From: a virus
Taxonomy: Duplodnaviria > Caudoviricetes
Virus record (IMG/VR): IMGVR_UViG_3300042331_000043
Location: 1 to 24,317 of that record
Length of the DNA stretch: 24,317 bases
Reading direction: 5' to 3' (one strand)
Part shown: one piece after another, positions 16,009 through 23,628 of the stretch
Numbering within the stretch: position 1 is the first letter of the stretch
Layout of the letters: each line of letters starts with the position of its first letter
The notes under the pieces: generated by a model
Seen by the model: the letters and a program-made list of their open reading frames with translations, nothing else
Database searches by the model: none
Told to the model about the DNA's origin: nothing
Translations under genes and position numbers: made by a program

Positions 16009-18520
16009 TTACGAGTTTGATTATTACTTGATCGTTTTTGGAAAGGATAGGGAAACGGAATGTACCGTCCCGCAGGGAATCATAGTTGACCGCAGATGTG
16101 GTGGTCCCCATGACCTGATTGTTGCAAAGATACTCGTAGGTTGTCGGGTACACCGCGTTAATTGGAGTCACAGTAATTTTGAAGCTACGGGTTTTGTCGT
16201 AGGAAACAGAGGCGCGGCGAAGATAGAGCTTTCCAGCGGACACAACCGTAGGGTTGCCTTTGGCCCCGGGGGCGCGAAGCACGACGCGACCAAGGGTATG
16301 CTCCATTGTGTATTTCTCACCAATCCACAAGGCCGCCGTGCTGTAGTTACCCTTCACAACAACTGACGTACCGCCAGATGAAAGAACAGGAATAATTGAC
16401 CCGCCTACCCCGGCTGTTTGAGGTAGCTGGCCCGATCCTACGGAGGCTGTTTGGATGTTATAGCCCGGACCTGAGGGGCTTGTGGCTCTTGTGACTACCG
16501 CCGCACGGTTGATTGAGTATGGCAACGTAAAAGTGGTGTTACCAGTAGAGGAATCATAATTTTTTGACACTTGACTATCAGATAAACGGCGGTCGAGGAG
16601 AACTACATAGTTTGAGGTTGCGTCTGTTTTTCCAGATTGAAAGTCGATGCGCTCTAAATAGGTTCCGTCAGTACGGGTTGTTACTACAAAAAGCTGGTTG
16701 TCAATGAAGTCAATGTTTTCTACATAAGTCCAACCACTCGTTCCAGCAGTTGGGTCGTCCCCAAAAGTAAACTTGCACCATGCCGATTGTAACTTTTCGT
16801 TCCCATTAAAAAAGTACTTGTAAAGGTAGAATCCGTTGAAGAACTGGTCGGATAGCACAGCTATCATTTGCTCATTATCCGAGCCCACAATTTTAGTGAC
16901 AGAGCCTTTAATGTACGACGGTATCGAGGCTGAGATGTCAACTCCGTCTAGATACTGCGAATCGGAGTTTAGGTAATACTCCTGTATTCCAGAATAACTA
17001 TCCCGGTTAAAAGAAAAGTAGATGTTTTTTCCCACAGCCACAGGGGCGCACGAAGTAGAACACGAAAAGTTGGTTGTGTTCTGAATAGCCACAGTCCGCG
17101 AAGTTAGGTTTTCGGCGCTTTGGAGGCTGAATTGGGTCTGATCAGAAAACAGGATGAGCTTCTCGAGGAACGGCACCCCGGCAAACAGAATGGATACCTT
17201 GTTAGAGCTCGAGGCCACGTCAATCGGGTCCGAATCCAAAAGTTGGGTGACGGTGGTTCTGAAGAAGTTAAAGAACTCGCTTGCTTCTGACAGGATTACG
17301 TTTTCGTCACACAGGAATCCAAGCCTGTTTCGGAAAAACACCATATCGGCAATCTTTCTCCCAACAAAAGAGGGATCAGGATTGCTGTCCTCGTCACCCA
17401 CAAGTCTGTCGCCCCAATACGGAACCTCGTAGGTTAATGCGCCGCTGGTGTACGTGCCTCCGTCCAGCGGAGTAAAAAGAAATGTACCATTAGCCAGCCT
17501 AATAATGGCGTGTGGAAGGGTTGCTGGTTCAAGAAAATAAGGGATGGCCGGGGCTGATGTTTCTTTCCAAACGCCCGTACCTTGAGTCCCGTTGGACGCC
17601 TCAAACTTAACCCAATACTCATCTCCCTCGTCGTCAGGCTCGCCAGCCACCTTAACTGTAAAATCGTGCTTGCCTTCAGCCGGGAGGTCTAAAAAGCTCT
17701 GAACTTCCTCGTTAATAAGTTTAAGACCATTTCCGCTTTGAGAGTCTGAAACGGCAATGGTGAAAGCCGCATCGTTGTCTCTTTTAATGTAAATTGTGGA
17801 GCCTATCTGAACGACAGAGCCAGTTGCGTCATAGTTAGTGTTAGTTCGAATGGCGGCGGCTAAAAACTCCGCAATTTTGGTAGTGCTGGCCTGTTGCTTT
17901 GAAGGCCATGTTGTATCTGTAGGTGCGGTGCCGTTGCTCACAGACGCAAAATTCGTTCCACTTGTTGCCGATCCGTCTCCGCTTTTTACCGTGTATTTAG
18001 TCCCATCCAACGTAACGCTGTACTCGGCGCTATACGCCCCCTGAGATACAAACACTAGCGCCTCGTAAGGGCGAGTGTAGGACACGCTTGGGTCCATCGC
18101 CGTGGTTTTGTCCTTGTTTAAGACAAGCGTGTAATCAGCCACCGTAAGGCATTTGATATTTTTGGCGCAGTTAGCTGGAAGGTAGTTTAGGGCGCTAGGG
18201 TCACCGCGAGTAACAACGGTCTGAGCAACCCCGCTCATGTTCCAGACCCTTACCTTTTTAAGGGGGTCTGGGTCTTCAGAGTTAAATGAAACCGTGTACC
18301 TCTCAGAGCTATCTCGGTTGATCGTGTGAAACTTGGCGTAATCGTAACTCTCGCTGTAGAGCTTGGCGACGTAGCGGGTATTGGGCCGCTTGACCAATCC
18401 GTCCACCAGCGATGGGTATGCGTTGATGGATTCCTCAGCCTGAGAAGCGAACCGCAGGGCGTCAGCCTGTTGGCTCACCCCGCTGATTAAGTTCGGGATG
18501 TTGATTGAAACAAGCGCCAT
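15929..18520 (-). CDS. Tail tubular protein B (nozzle), T7 gp12-like (863 aa)
   Basis: MALVSINIPNLISGVSQQAD..R, GLVKRP, HTINRDSSERY, RLVGDEDSNPDPSFVG, FFRNRLGFL, DSDPIDV and QSAW motifs. Confidence 0.96.
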   Translation of the reverse strand: MALVSINIPNLISGVSQQADALRFASQAEESINAYPSLVDGLVKRPNTRYVAKLYSESYDYAKFHTINRDSSERYTVSFNSEDPDPLKKVRVWNMSGVAQTVVTRGDPSALNYLPANCAKNIKCLTVADYTLVLNKDKTTAMDPSVSYTRPYEALVFVSQGAYSAEYSVTLDGTKYTVKSGDGSATSGTNFASVSNGTAPTDTTWPSKQQASTTKIAEFLAAAIRTNTNYDATGSVVQIGSTIYIKRDNDAAFTIAVSDSQSGNGLKLINEEVQSFLDLPAEGKHDFTVKVAGEPDDEGDEYWVKFEASNGTQGTGVWKETSAPAIPYFLEPATLPHAIIRLANGTFLFTPLDGGTYTSGALTYEVPYWGDRLVGDEDSNPDPSFVGRKIADMVFFRNRLGFLCDENVILSEASEFFNFFRTTVTQLLDSDPIDVASSSNKVSILFAGVPFLEKLILFSDQTQFSLQSAENLTSRTVAIQNTTNFSCSTSCAPVAVGKNIYFSFNRDSYSGIQEYYLNSDSQYLDGVDISASIPSYIKGSVTKIVGSDNEQMIAVLSDQFFNGFYLYKYFFNGNEKLQSAWCKFTFGDDPTAGTSGWTYVENIDFIDNQLFVVTTRTDGTYLERIDFQSGKTDATSNYVVLLDRRLSDSQVSKNYDSSTGNTTFTLPYSINRAAVVTRATSPSGPGYNIQTASVGSGQLPQTAGVGGSIIPVLSSGGTSVVVKGNYSTAALWIGEKYTMEHTLGRVVLRAPGAKGNPTVVSAGKLYLRRASVSYDKTRSFKITVTPINAVYPTTYEYLCNNQVMGTTTSAVNYDSLRDGTFRFPILSKNDQVIIKLVNDTPHPCALLSMDVEAQYVSRSQRAG

Positions 18521-19099
18521 TTAGCGAAAGATGATGCGGGCTACGTCGTAATTGTCAAAAACAGAATGATCCCCGGTGTCGTGATCAAACTCCTTGAGAA
18601 GAGTTAGGGCCTGAATCTCGTCGTTGAGAAGCGAACGAGCGGCGTCCCCAGACCCAACCACCCTGTCTTGAAAGATACGAGAAGCTCTGGTTGTGATGTA
18701 GTAGCGAGCGGGCTCAGGAAGTTCTTCAAAGGAAAGAAGGACAATAATTTCGCCCTTCAGGTCTTGGGTAAATTGAAAGGTGTGGTTCTTCTTATCGTAT
18801 AGTTTCGAGCCCCGCTGAACCACGTCAACTCCGGGGTAGAACTCGTTATCTACGTCAACCCGGACCACGTTGGCCGATAGGTTGATGTTGTTGTTGATGT
18901 CCCTAGAAAGCGGGAAATCCTTTTCAGTATTGAAATGCCAACCCATAAGCTGGACGGCCCGGTCCACTTCATCCAAAATCTGGACAGCAATTCGCGCATC
19001 GGCGGAAGTGCCTTGGAACAAGCTATTTATGGGAGATTCGCCAATACCAGAAAGCATCTGGTTGACGGCTTCCAGTTTGGTCATCGGGGCAACTGGCAT
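18521..19099 (-). CDS. Tail tubular protein A (adaptor/gatekeeper), T7 gp11-like (192 aa)
   Basis: TKLEAVNQMLSGIGESPINSL, VQLMGWHFNTE, RGSKLYD and FEELPEPARYYI..RASRIFQ motifs. Confidence 0.96.
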   Translation of the reverse strand: MPVAPMTKLEAVNQMLSGIGESPINSLFQGTSADARIAVQILDEVDRAVQLMGWHFNTEKDFPLSRDINNNINLSANVVRVDVDNEFYPGVDVVQRGSKLYDKKNHTFQFTQDLKGEIIVLLSFEELPEPARYYITTRASRIFQDRVVGSGDAARSLLNDEIQALTLLKEFDHDTGDHSVFDNYDVARIIFR

Positions 19100-19120
19100 A
19101 TCTACAGGTACTTACTACAG

Positions 19121-19230
19121 AAAAAGAGAAACCCTGCAAGCCATTAGTTTGATTAGACTCGGGGAAGGAAGGCGGGGAAAAACCCCTTTATATATTCCCG
19201 AGAACCAAGACTAAGACTTGCAGGGCTCCC
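19121..19230 (-). terminator. Long nested hairpin followed by a U-rich tract after the capsid gene (T-phi-equivalent terminator or processing site)
   Basis: Nested inverted repeats CCCTGCAAG 19132-19140 / CTTGCAGGG 19217-19225, CTCGGG 19158-19163 / CCCGAG 19197-19202, GGGG 19174-19177 / CCCC 19183-19186, followed on the minus strand by TTTCTCTTTTT. Confidence 0.65.
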
Positions 19231-19241
19231 TAAGACTTTAA

Positions 19242-20210
19242 TTAGGCAGTAGTCTTGATCTCCACGGCGCACTCAGGGCGAAGGATACCATGACCCATCG
19301 CGTACTTAGCCACCATGAAGGTGCCTTGCAGTTCGATCTTATATTCGCTCTCAACCGCGAGGTCGAGGAGCTTGACCGTACCTGCCGCGTTCTTGTGGAA
19401 CACGATACCAACAGTATTCGTGAAATCTCCACGATAGCTGTTGGCCGCGTTAACGCCAGAGTAGTCGGCGTCAAACCCGGCGGCGGACTGATTGGTCCCA
19501 AAGTTCAAGTTGTTGGACTTGACGATGGTGACGTTAGCCACCTTGACCACAGAACCGTCAACATAGCTACCCACCGCGTTAGCGTTGGTAACTTTGGCGA
19601 GTTCCTGAACGAGCTTGTAGTAGTTCGCCGGGGAAAGAACGGCGTAGCGCTCTTCCGACGGAATATCATTCTCGTCCAATTTCTGGGCGGCTTCAAAAAT
19701 GCTTTCAGCAAGTTTGGCGCCGGTGGGGTTGGCACCCGTCACCACGTTCTGGCCGTTTTTCCCGCCGATGAGCGAGGAACCACGGGCCGCGAGGGTGATG
19801 ACCTGAGAAACGGTCTTGTCGAATTTCTTCGCAAGAGCGCGACCCAGTTCGGTGGTATAGATGGAACGCACGTCGTAATGGTTCATCGCTTCGTCGATGC
19901 GAGAAACCAAGGTGGACGAGGTGAGGAGGTTATCAATCGTGATAACCCGCTCTGCGTGTTTGATTTGGCTGATATAACCAGCGTCGGTGAGCATATTGTC
20001 ACCAACACCGTGATACTTGGCCGAAGCCACACCAGCGACGGGGAACTGAGCAGACTTGCCGTTCTCAATCGTGCGAATCAGGTGCAGGGGTTTGAAGACG
20101 TTCTCAGTCTCAAACGTGGTCAGCACCTCACCCGCGAACTTCTTGAGGAACAACGCGTCCACAGCACCAGCCGCATTGATCTGACCAAGGCGGGATACAG
20201 TAGAGGGCAT
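19242..20210 (-). CDS. Major capsid protein, T7 gp10A-like (322 aa)
   Basis: ALFLKKFAGEVLTTF, RTIENGKSAQFP, ERVITIDNLL, IDEAMNHYDVRSIY..ELGRALA and AMGHGILRPECAVE motifs. Confidence 0.98.
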   Translation of the reverse strand: MPSTVSRLGQINAAGAVDALFLKKFAGEVLTTFETENVFKPLHLIRTIENGKSAQFPVAGVASAKYHGVGDNMLTDAGYISQIKHAERVITIDNLLTSSTLVSRIDEAMNHYDVRSIYTTELGRALAKKFDKTVSQVITLAARGSSLIGGKNGQNVVTGANPTGAKLAESIFEAAQKLDENDIPSEERYAVLSPANYYKLVQELAKVTNANAVGSYVDGSVVKVANVTIVKSNNLNFGTNQSAAGFDADYSGVNAANSYRGDFTNTVGIVFHKNAAGTVKLLDLAVESEYKIELQGTFMVAKYAMGHGILRPECAVEIKTTA

Positions 20211-20410
20211 TTTGTTATTACCTTTCGGGTAGAGTTTTCTTTTTCCAGTTCCTTAGACATTTCCACTCGGAAAGCTAACGAACCAGACAAGTGTTTTTGT
20301 GCTGGTCACACCCGAGTATGTGCCTTTTCGAGTCGCAGTTGTCCCGCCGTAACGGGGCTGGCCTAGTCAGACCATCTCATTCGATGATCCCAATTTTCAA
20401 AAACTAGGGC
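20211..20410 (-). promoter_or_regulatory. Structured 200-nt 5' leader of the capsid gene
   Basis: At least five consecutive hairpins on the minus strand, including CCCGT-TACG-GCGGG (UNCG loop) and TACC-CGAAA-GGTA covering the SD-like AAAGGT. Confidence 0.5.
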
Positions 20411-20671
20411 TTATTTATCAGTAGGAGGAGGACCAGTCAACCATCCTTCGGGTAGTTTTACTTTTTTTCCAGTAAGCTCCCATTCTTTCCCGTTCCAAAA
20501 GTAAACCTGACCTTCAACATTCGGGCCTATCCTTAAAAGGGTAGTATCCCCGGGGTCAACGAAGATTAGACTTTTTGTCTCTGAGGTAGTCGCGCACCCG
20601 CTCAGACCAGCGGCTATGGAGATAAGGAGGGGGAGGCCCAAGATCAGTACCTTTAACTGGCCTGTTTGCAT
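20411..20671 (-). CDS. Putative outer-membrane lipoprotein, o-spanin (Rz1-like), 86 aa
   Basis: From the ATG at 20671: MQTGQLK-VLILGLPLLISIAAG-LSGC (signal peptide II plus lipobox), Pro/Trp-containing mature part. Overlaps the upstream gene in another frame. Confidence 0.7.
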   Translation of the reverse strand: MQTGQLKVLILGLPLLISIAAGLSGCATTSETKSLIFVDPGDTTLLRIGPNVEGQVYFWNGKEWELTGKKVKLPEGWLTGPPPTDK

Positions 20672-20738
20672 CTTTGACCTCCCCCTTGATGATTTTCCAT
20701 ATCGCCAGAATGAGGGCTTCAATTAGCCCCCAAAACAT
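20556..20738 (-). CDS. Putative inner-membrane i-spanin (Rz-like), unusually short (60 aa)
   Basis: N-terminal hydrophobic MFWGLIEALILAIW, start 3 nt after the holin stop, and 116-nt out-of-frame overlap with the lipoprotein gene. Confidence 0.55.
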   Translation of the reverse strand: MFWGLIEALILAIWKIIKGEVKDANRPVKGTDLGPPPPYLHSRWSERVRDYLRDKKSNLR

Positions 20739-20741
20739 GGC

Positions 20742-20912
20742 TTAGGCTTTCTTTAGCTTGGCAATCAGGGACCAGCCGAGGCCGATAGCGGCAACAACGC
20801 CACCAATAATGGCTTCAACCGCGCCGTGATCAACCACGCCCTTGGAGACGAAATAGCCGCCAACGGCAGTTAGAATGTGGCGCACAATGGCGCCTACGAT
20901 TTCAGGTGTCAT
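20742..20912 (-). CDS. Putative holin, Pam3-gp28-like (56 aa; not in supplied ORF track)
   Basis: Manual translation MTPEIVGAIVRHILTAVGGYFVSKGVVDHGAVEAIIGGVVAAIGLGWSLIAKLKKA: two hydrophobic segments, RH.LT..GG..V..G and WS motifs, basic C-terminus. Confidence 0.8.
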   Translation of the reverse strand: MTPEIVGAIVRHILTAVGGYFVSKGVVDHGAVEAIIGGVVAAIGLGWSLIAKLKKA

Positions 20913-20914
20913 AT

Positions 20915-21061
20915 TTAGTTCATACCTTTCTTGTTAATTTTGAATCCGCCCATCTTGTTTTTCATAGCCGTGTAAACTTTAGAAGCAATTGTAGACTTCT
21001 TTTTACTGCGGCTGATGCCAAGCCTTTTGCGCCTGTTGATGTTTGCGTATAAGCCTCTCAT
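20915..21061 (-). CDS. Small very basic protein with GLYANI motif (48 aa; not in supplied ORF track)
   Basis: Manual translation MRGLYANINRRKRLGISRSKKKSTIASKVYTAMKNKMGGFKINKKGMN. TGATG overlap with the scaffold stop; ends 2 nt before the holin ATG. Confidence 0.75.
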   Translation of the reverse strand: MRGLYANINRRKRLGISRSKKKSTIASKVYTAMKNKMGGFKINKKGMN

Positions 21062-21837
21062 CAGAATATGGTACTCACGGCCAAGCGTTGCTCAACTTCT
21101 TTTCTGTATGCCGGGTCTGTTTTGTACTTGGGGTCAGACATGGCCCGGGTGACTTCCGCCGTGCTCCGATAGGGCGCCAGCGAGCCGTTCGTCTGGGAGC
21201 CAGACAGAAGCCGGGGCTGTTTGAAGTTTCCGCCTTGAGCGGCTTGATAGCGGGCGTACATCCCTTTGACGGCAAAAGCCGCCTGTTCGGGAGAGCCCTC
21301 TAGGGCCGCGTTGTAGGCGTTAAGCTCGTTTTCGGGCACGTTAGACGCCGCCCAATCACGCATCGCCGTAAAGTTCTCTTGGCCTCCAATGTCGTTGAGA
21401 AGACCAGAAGTTGATTTTTCGGCTAGAGCACGCTGACCCTCAATGTAGGCTTCCACCACTTCCCGGGGGTAACCCATTTCGGTGAGCTTGCCAAAGCTAT
21501 CGTCAGAAAGCTGACCTTTCTCAGAATACTCCTTGGAAAAATCAGCAAACTTGGTTTCCCAAGCCGTCTGCACGGCTTCGGTAGCCTTAGCTTGTTCCTC
21601 AGTCTGCTGAGTAGGTTTGTCCTCAGTAGCCTTAGGCTGAGATTCTGCTTTTTGTGCGTCCCGAGGAGCTCCGAGTTTCTTTTCTAACTCTCCGTACGCT
21701 TTCGCCATATCCTCTGGGCTCTTAAACTTTTCGGGGAGCCATTGAGGGCGGTCTGGTGTGTTGGTGTCTACCTTGCTATCCACGGGTGGATCAGCCGGGG
21801 TAGGGGCCGACTGTATCACTACTGAGTCAGTAGCCAT
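21061..21837 (-). CDS. Capsid assembly scaffolding protein, T7 gp9-like (258 aa)
   Basis: RPQWLPEKFKSPEDMAKAYGELEKKLG, GGQENF..M..WA and AMSDPKY..DPAYR.EV motifs; SD AAGGAAGG. Confidence 0.95.
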   Translation of the reverse strand: MATDSVVIQSAPTPADPPVDSKVDTNTPDRPQWLPEKFKSPEDMAKAYGELEKKLGAPRDAQKAESQPKATEDKPTQQTEEQAKATEAVQTAWETKFADFSKEYSEKGQLSDDSFGKLTEMGYPREVVEAYIEGQRALAEKSTSGLLNDIGGQENFTAMRDWAASNVPENELNAYNAALEGSPEQAAFAVKGMYARYQAAQGGNFKQPRLLSGSQTNGSLAPYRSTAEVTRAMSDPKYKTDPAYRKEVEQRLAVSTIF

Positions 21838-21869
21838 TGTTTATGCTTCCTTCCTTGTCTGAGCCAAAG

Positions 21870-23450
21870 TTACTGTGGAGGGCCTTCAGGCGCGGCCTGT
21901 TGCCCTTGTTGCGCTTGGCTCATCGCAACATCGGTGAAGCTCTTGATCGCTTGCGGACCAAGTTTGTTCGCCATTTGCATCATCATGGCGTTGTTGTTGT
22001 TGTTGGCAATCTCTTCTTGAGCCTTAATAAGGCCTTCAGTTTCAATCCCTAAGGCAGTAGCGCGGCGTTTAAGATAGTCCTCAATGTTAATATAACTTCC
22101 AATTGCTTCAGGCCCAAAGATTTGTGCAATGCCAGCAAGGAAGAGGTCCAGCTTGTTTAAGTCGTTCCCGCGTCCCAACGCTTCTACGCCCGTGACAATC
22201 ATGGGGCGGATAAGGTTGTTTTTGGGGAGCTTGGGGAGGCGACCCTCCTTGCCCATCCGGGTCATCAAGCGGTCTACAAGGGGAAGCTGAAACTCTTGGC
22301 TAAGGATTGAGTAAGCGCCACCCAAGGCAGTCTCAAGCTCTTGGGCCATGTAGCGGATTTCCTCGGCAGTCACCCGTTCGGCTTGGCGTTGAATCGAAGT
22401 GTTAAGGAGAAACGCAAACCCAAGGCGGTTTTGAATCTCCGCCATCATTTCCTTGGCAACGCGGAAGTCAGCATACTTTTCAACCTGAAGCGCGGACACA
22501 TCGTCCCGGTTACCCGAAACAAACGAGCCGTTTTTGGCTTCGGCAAGAGTTTTGGCTTTGGTAGTCCCGGTCGGCTTGACCATGAACACAACCTTGGAAG
22601 CGGCGGCGCTACCTTCGACAACTGCTTTGGTAAGGCCCTCAAGAGCGCGGAGGTCCCCGAGGTACTCCTCGACAAGACCACGGCCATAATCCTCGCCATC
22701 CACGCGGCTGTAGCGAAGCGGGATGAAGGGACACTTTTCAATCGGGAAATAGCCTTCGCTGTCAGGAACAGTTTGCCCGTTGATCTGCTGATACACTTCC
22801 CACTTCTTGTCCTCGCGATGGACGCAAGTGTAGAGGTCAACGCCCTTTTCGTGAGAGTACTCTTCGCTTTTGCCTTCCTTAGGACGAAGTAACTTTTTCG
22901 CCTCGTCGGGCAAAGCCGAAGGTGATATGGTCTCCTTCGTTACGATATGAAGCACATTCCCAAAGGCGTCCCGCTTTACGACGTAATTCTCCAACTTAAA
23001 GACCCGAAGACCACCCTCCTCAGGGAAGTAAAGAAGCGTATTGCCCGTGACAACAAGGTGCTTAAGCGCCTCAAAAATCGGGACCCGAAGCGCTGAGGTT
23101 TCCACCTCTTTCATTACGGAGCGCTCTATCTCAGCCAGCGCTTTTTCAATCTCGGTCTTTACACGCTCATCGCCGCCCATCTTCTTGAGGCGGTACTGAT
23201 CCACGCTCAAGCGGAAGAACGGGGCATTGGGCGGGAAGAGGGCCATAAGGAGCTTGGCCGCGAGGTTGTTGACGCCCCGGGCTCCGATGCCCTGCCAAGG
23301 CGTGGGGTACACGGTGGCGTAGCTGTTTCCTTCCGGGGGGACAAGCGTAGGAATGGTGAGCTCGGCGCACTCACGGGCACGCTCAAGGTATGTCTGCCTC
23401 GGAGATTCGAGTTCGCTATAAAGGGCCGCGCCAGTTTTGTACTTGTCCAT
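21870..23450 (-). CDS. Portal (head-tail connector) protein, T7 gp8-like (526 aa)
   Basis: PWQGIGARGVNNLAAKL..ALFPPNAPFF, DGEDYGRGLVEEYLGDL, AERVTAEEIR and IVTGVEALGRG motifs. Confidence 0.98.
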   Translation of the reverse strand: MDKYKTGAALYSELESPRQTYLERARECAELTIPTLVPPEGNSYATVYPTPWQGIGARGVNNLAAKLLMALFPPNAPFFRLSVDQYRLKKMGGDERVKTEIEKALAEIERSVMKEVETSALRVPIFEALKHLVVTGNTLLYFPEEGGLRVFKLENYVVKRDAFGNVLHIVTKETISPSALPDEAKKLLRPKEGKSEEYSHEKGVDLYTCVHREDKKWEVYQQINGQTVPDSEGYFPIEKCPFIPLRYSRVDGEDYGRGLVEEYLGDLRALEGLTKAVVEGSAAASKVVFMVKPTGTTKAKTLAEAKNGSFVSGNRDDVSALQVEKYADFRVAKEMMAEIQNRLGFAFLLNTSIQRQAERVTAEEIRYMAQELETALGGAYSILSQEFQLPLVDRLMTRMGKEGRLPKLPKNNLIRPMIVTGVEALGRGNDLNKLDLFLAGIAQIFGPEAIGSYINIEDYLKRRATALGIETEGLIKAQEEIANNNNNAMMMQMANKLGPQAIKSFTDVAMSQAQQGQQAAPEGPPQ

Positions 23451-23454
23451 AAAG

Positions 23455-23622
23455 TTATTCGTCGTCTTCCGTTATATCTTCGTCTTCAATTTTGACAAAC
23501 AATTCCCCATTCTCATCTTCGTAAAGCGATATAAAGCCTTCTTCCAGAAGGTATTGCAACGCGGCAAGTACGTCGTTTTCGCTGAACTTAGAGAAATAAG
23601 AGGCTCCGTTATTTTCGCTCAT
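23455..23622 (-). CDS. Small highly acidic hypothetical protein (55 aa; not in supplied ORF track)
   Basis: Manual translation MSENNGASYFSKFSENDVLAALQYLLEEGFISLYEDENGELFVKIEDEDITEDDE. Fills the gap between the upstream ORF and portal, with 6- and 4-nt spacers. Confidence 0.75.
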   Translation of the reverse strand: MSENNGASYFSKFSENDVLAALQYLLEEGFISLYEDENGELFVKIEDEDITEDDE

Positions 23623-23628
23623 GGCAAA

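Noticed and set aside
1496-18044. Numerous 60-220 aa plus-strand and nested ORFs in the track
   Set aside because: All lie within or across well-supported minus-strand genes and show no independent coding signals.
19238-19290. Possible 10A/10B-type capsid frameshift extension
   Set aside because: No slippery sequence near the capsid 3' end, and the listed alternative-frame ORF stops at 19238, only 4 nt past the capsid stop.
19290-20366. 358-aa plus-strand ORF antisense to the capsid gene
   Set aside because: Shadow frame expected from strong codon bias of a highly expressed gene; no recognisable motif.
20672-20722. 103-aa version of the lipoprotein ORF starting at TTG 20722
   Set aside because: The ATG at 20671 gives a properly sized lipoprotein signal peptide.
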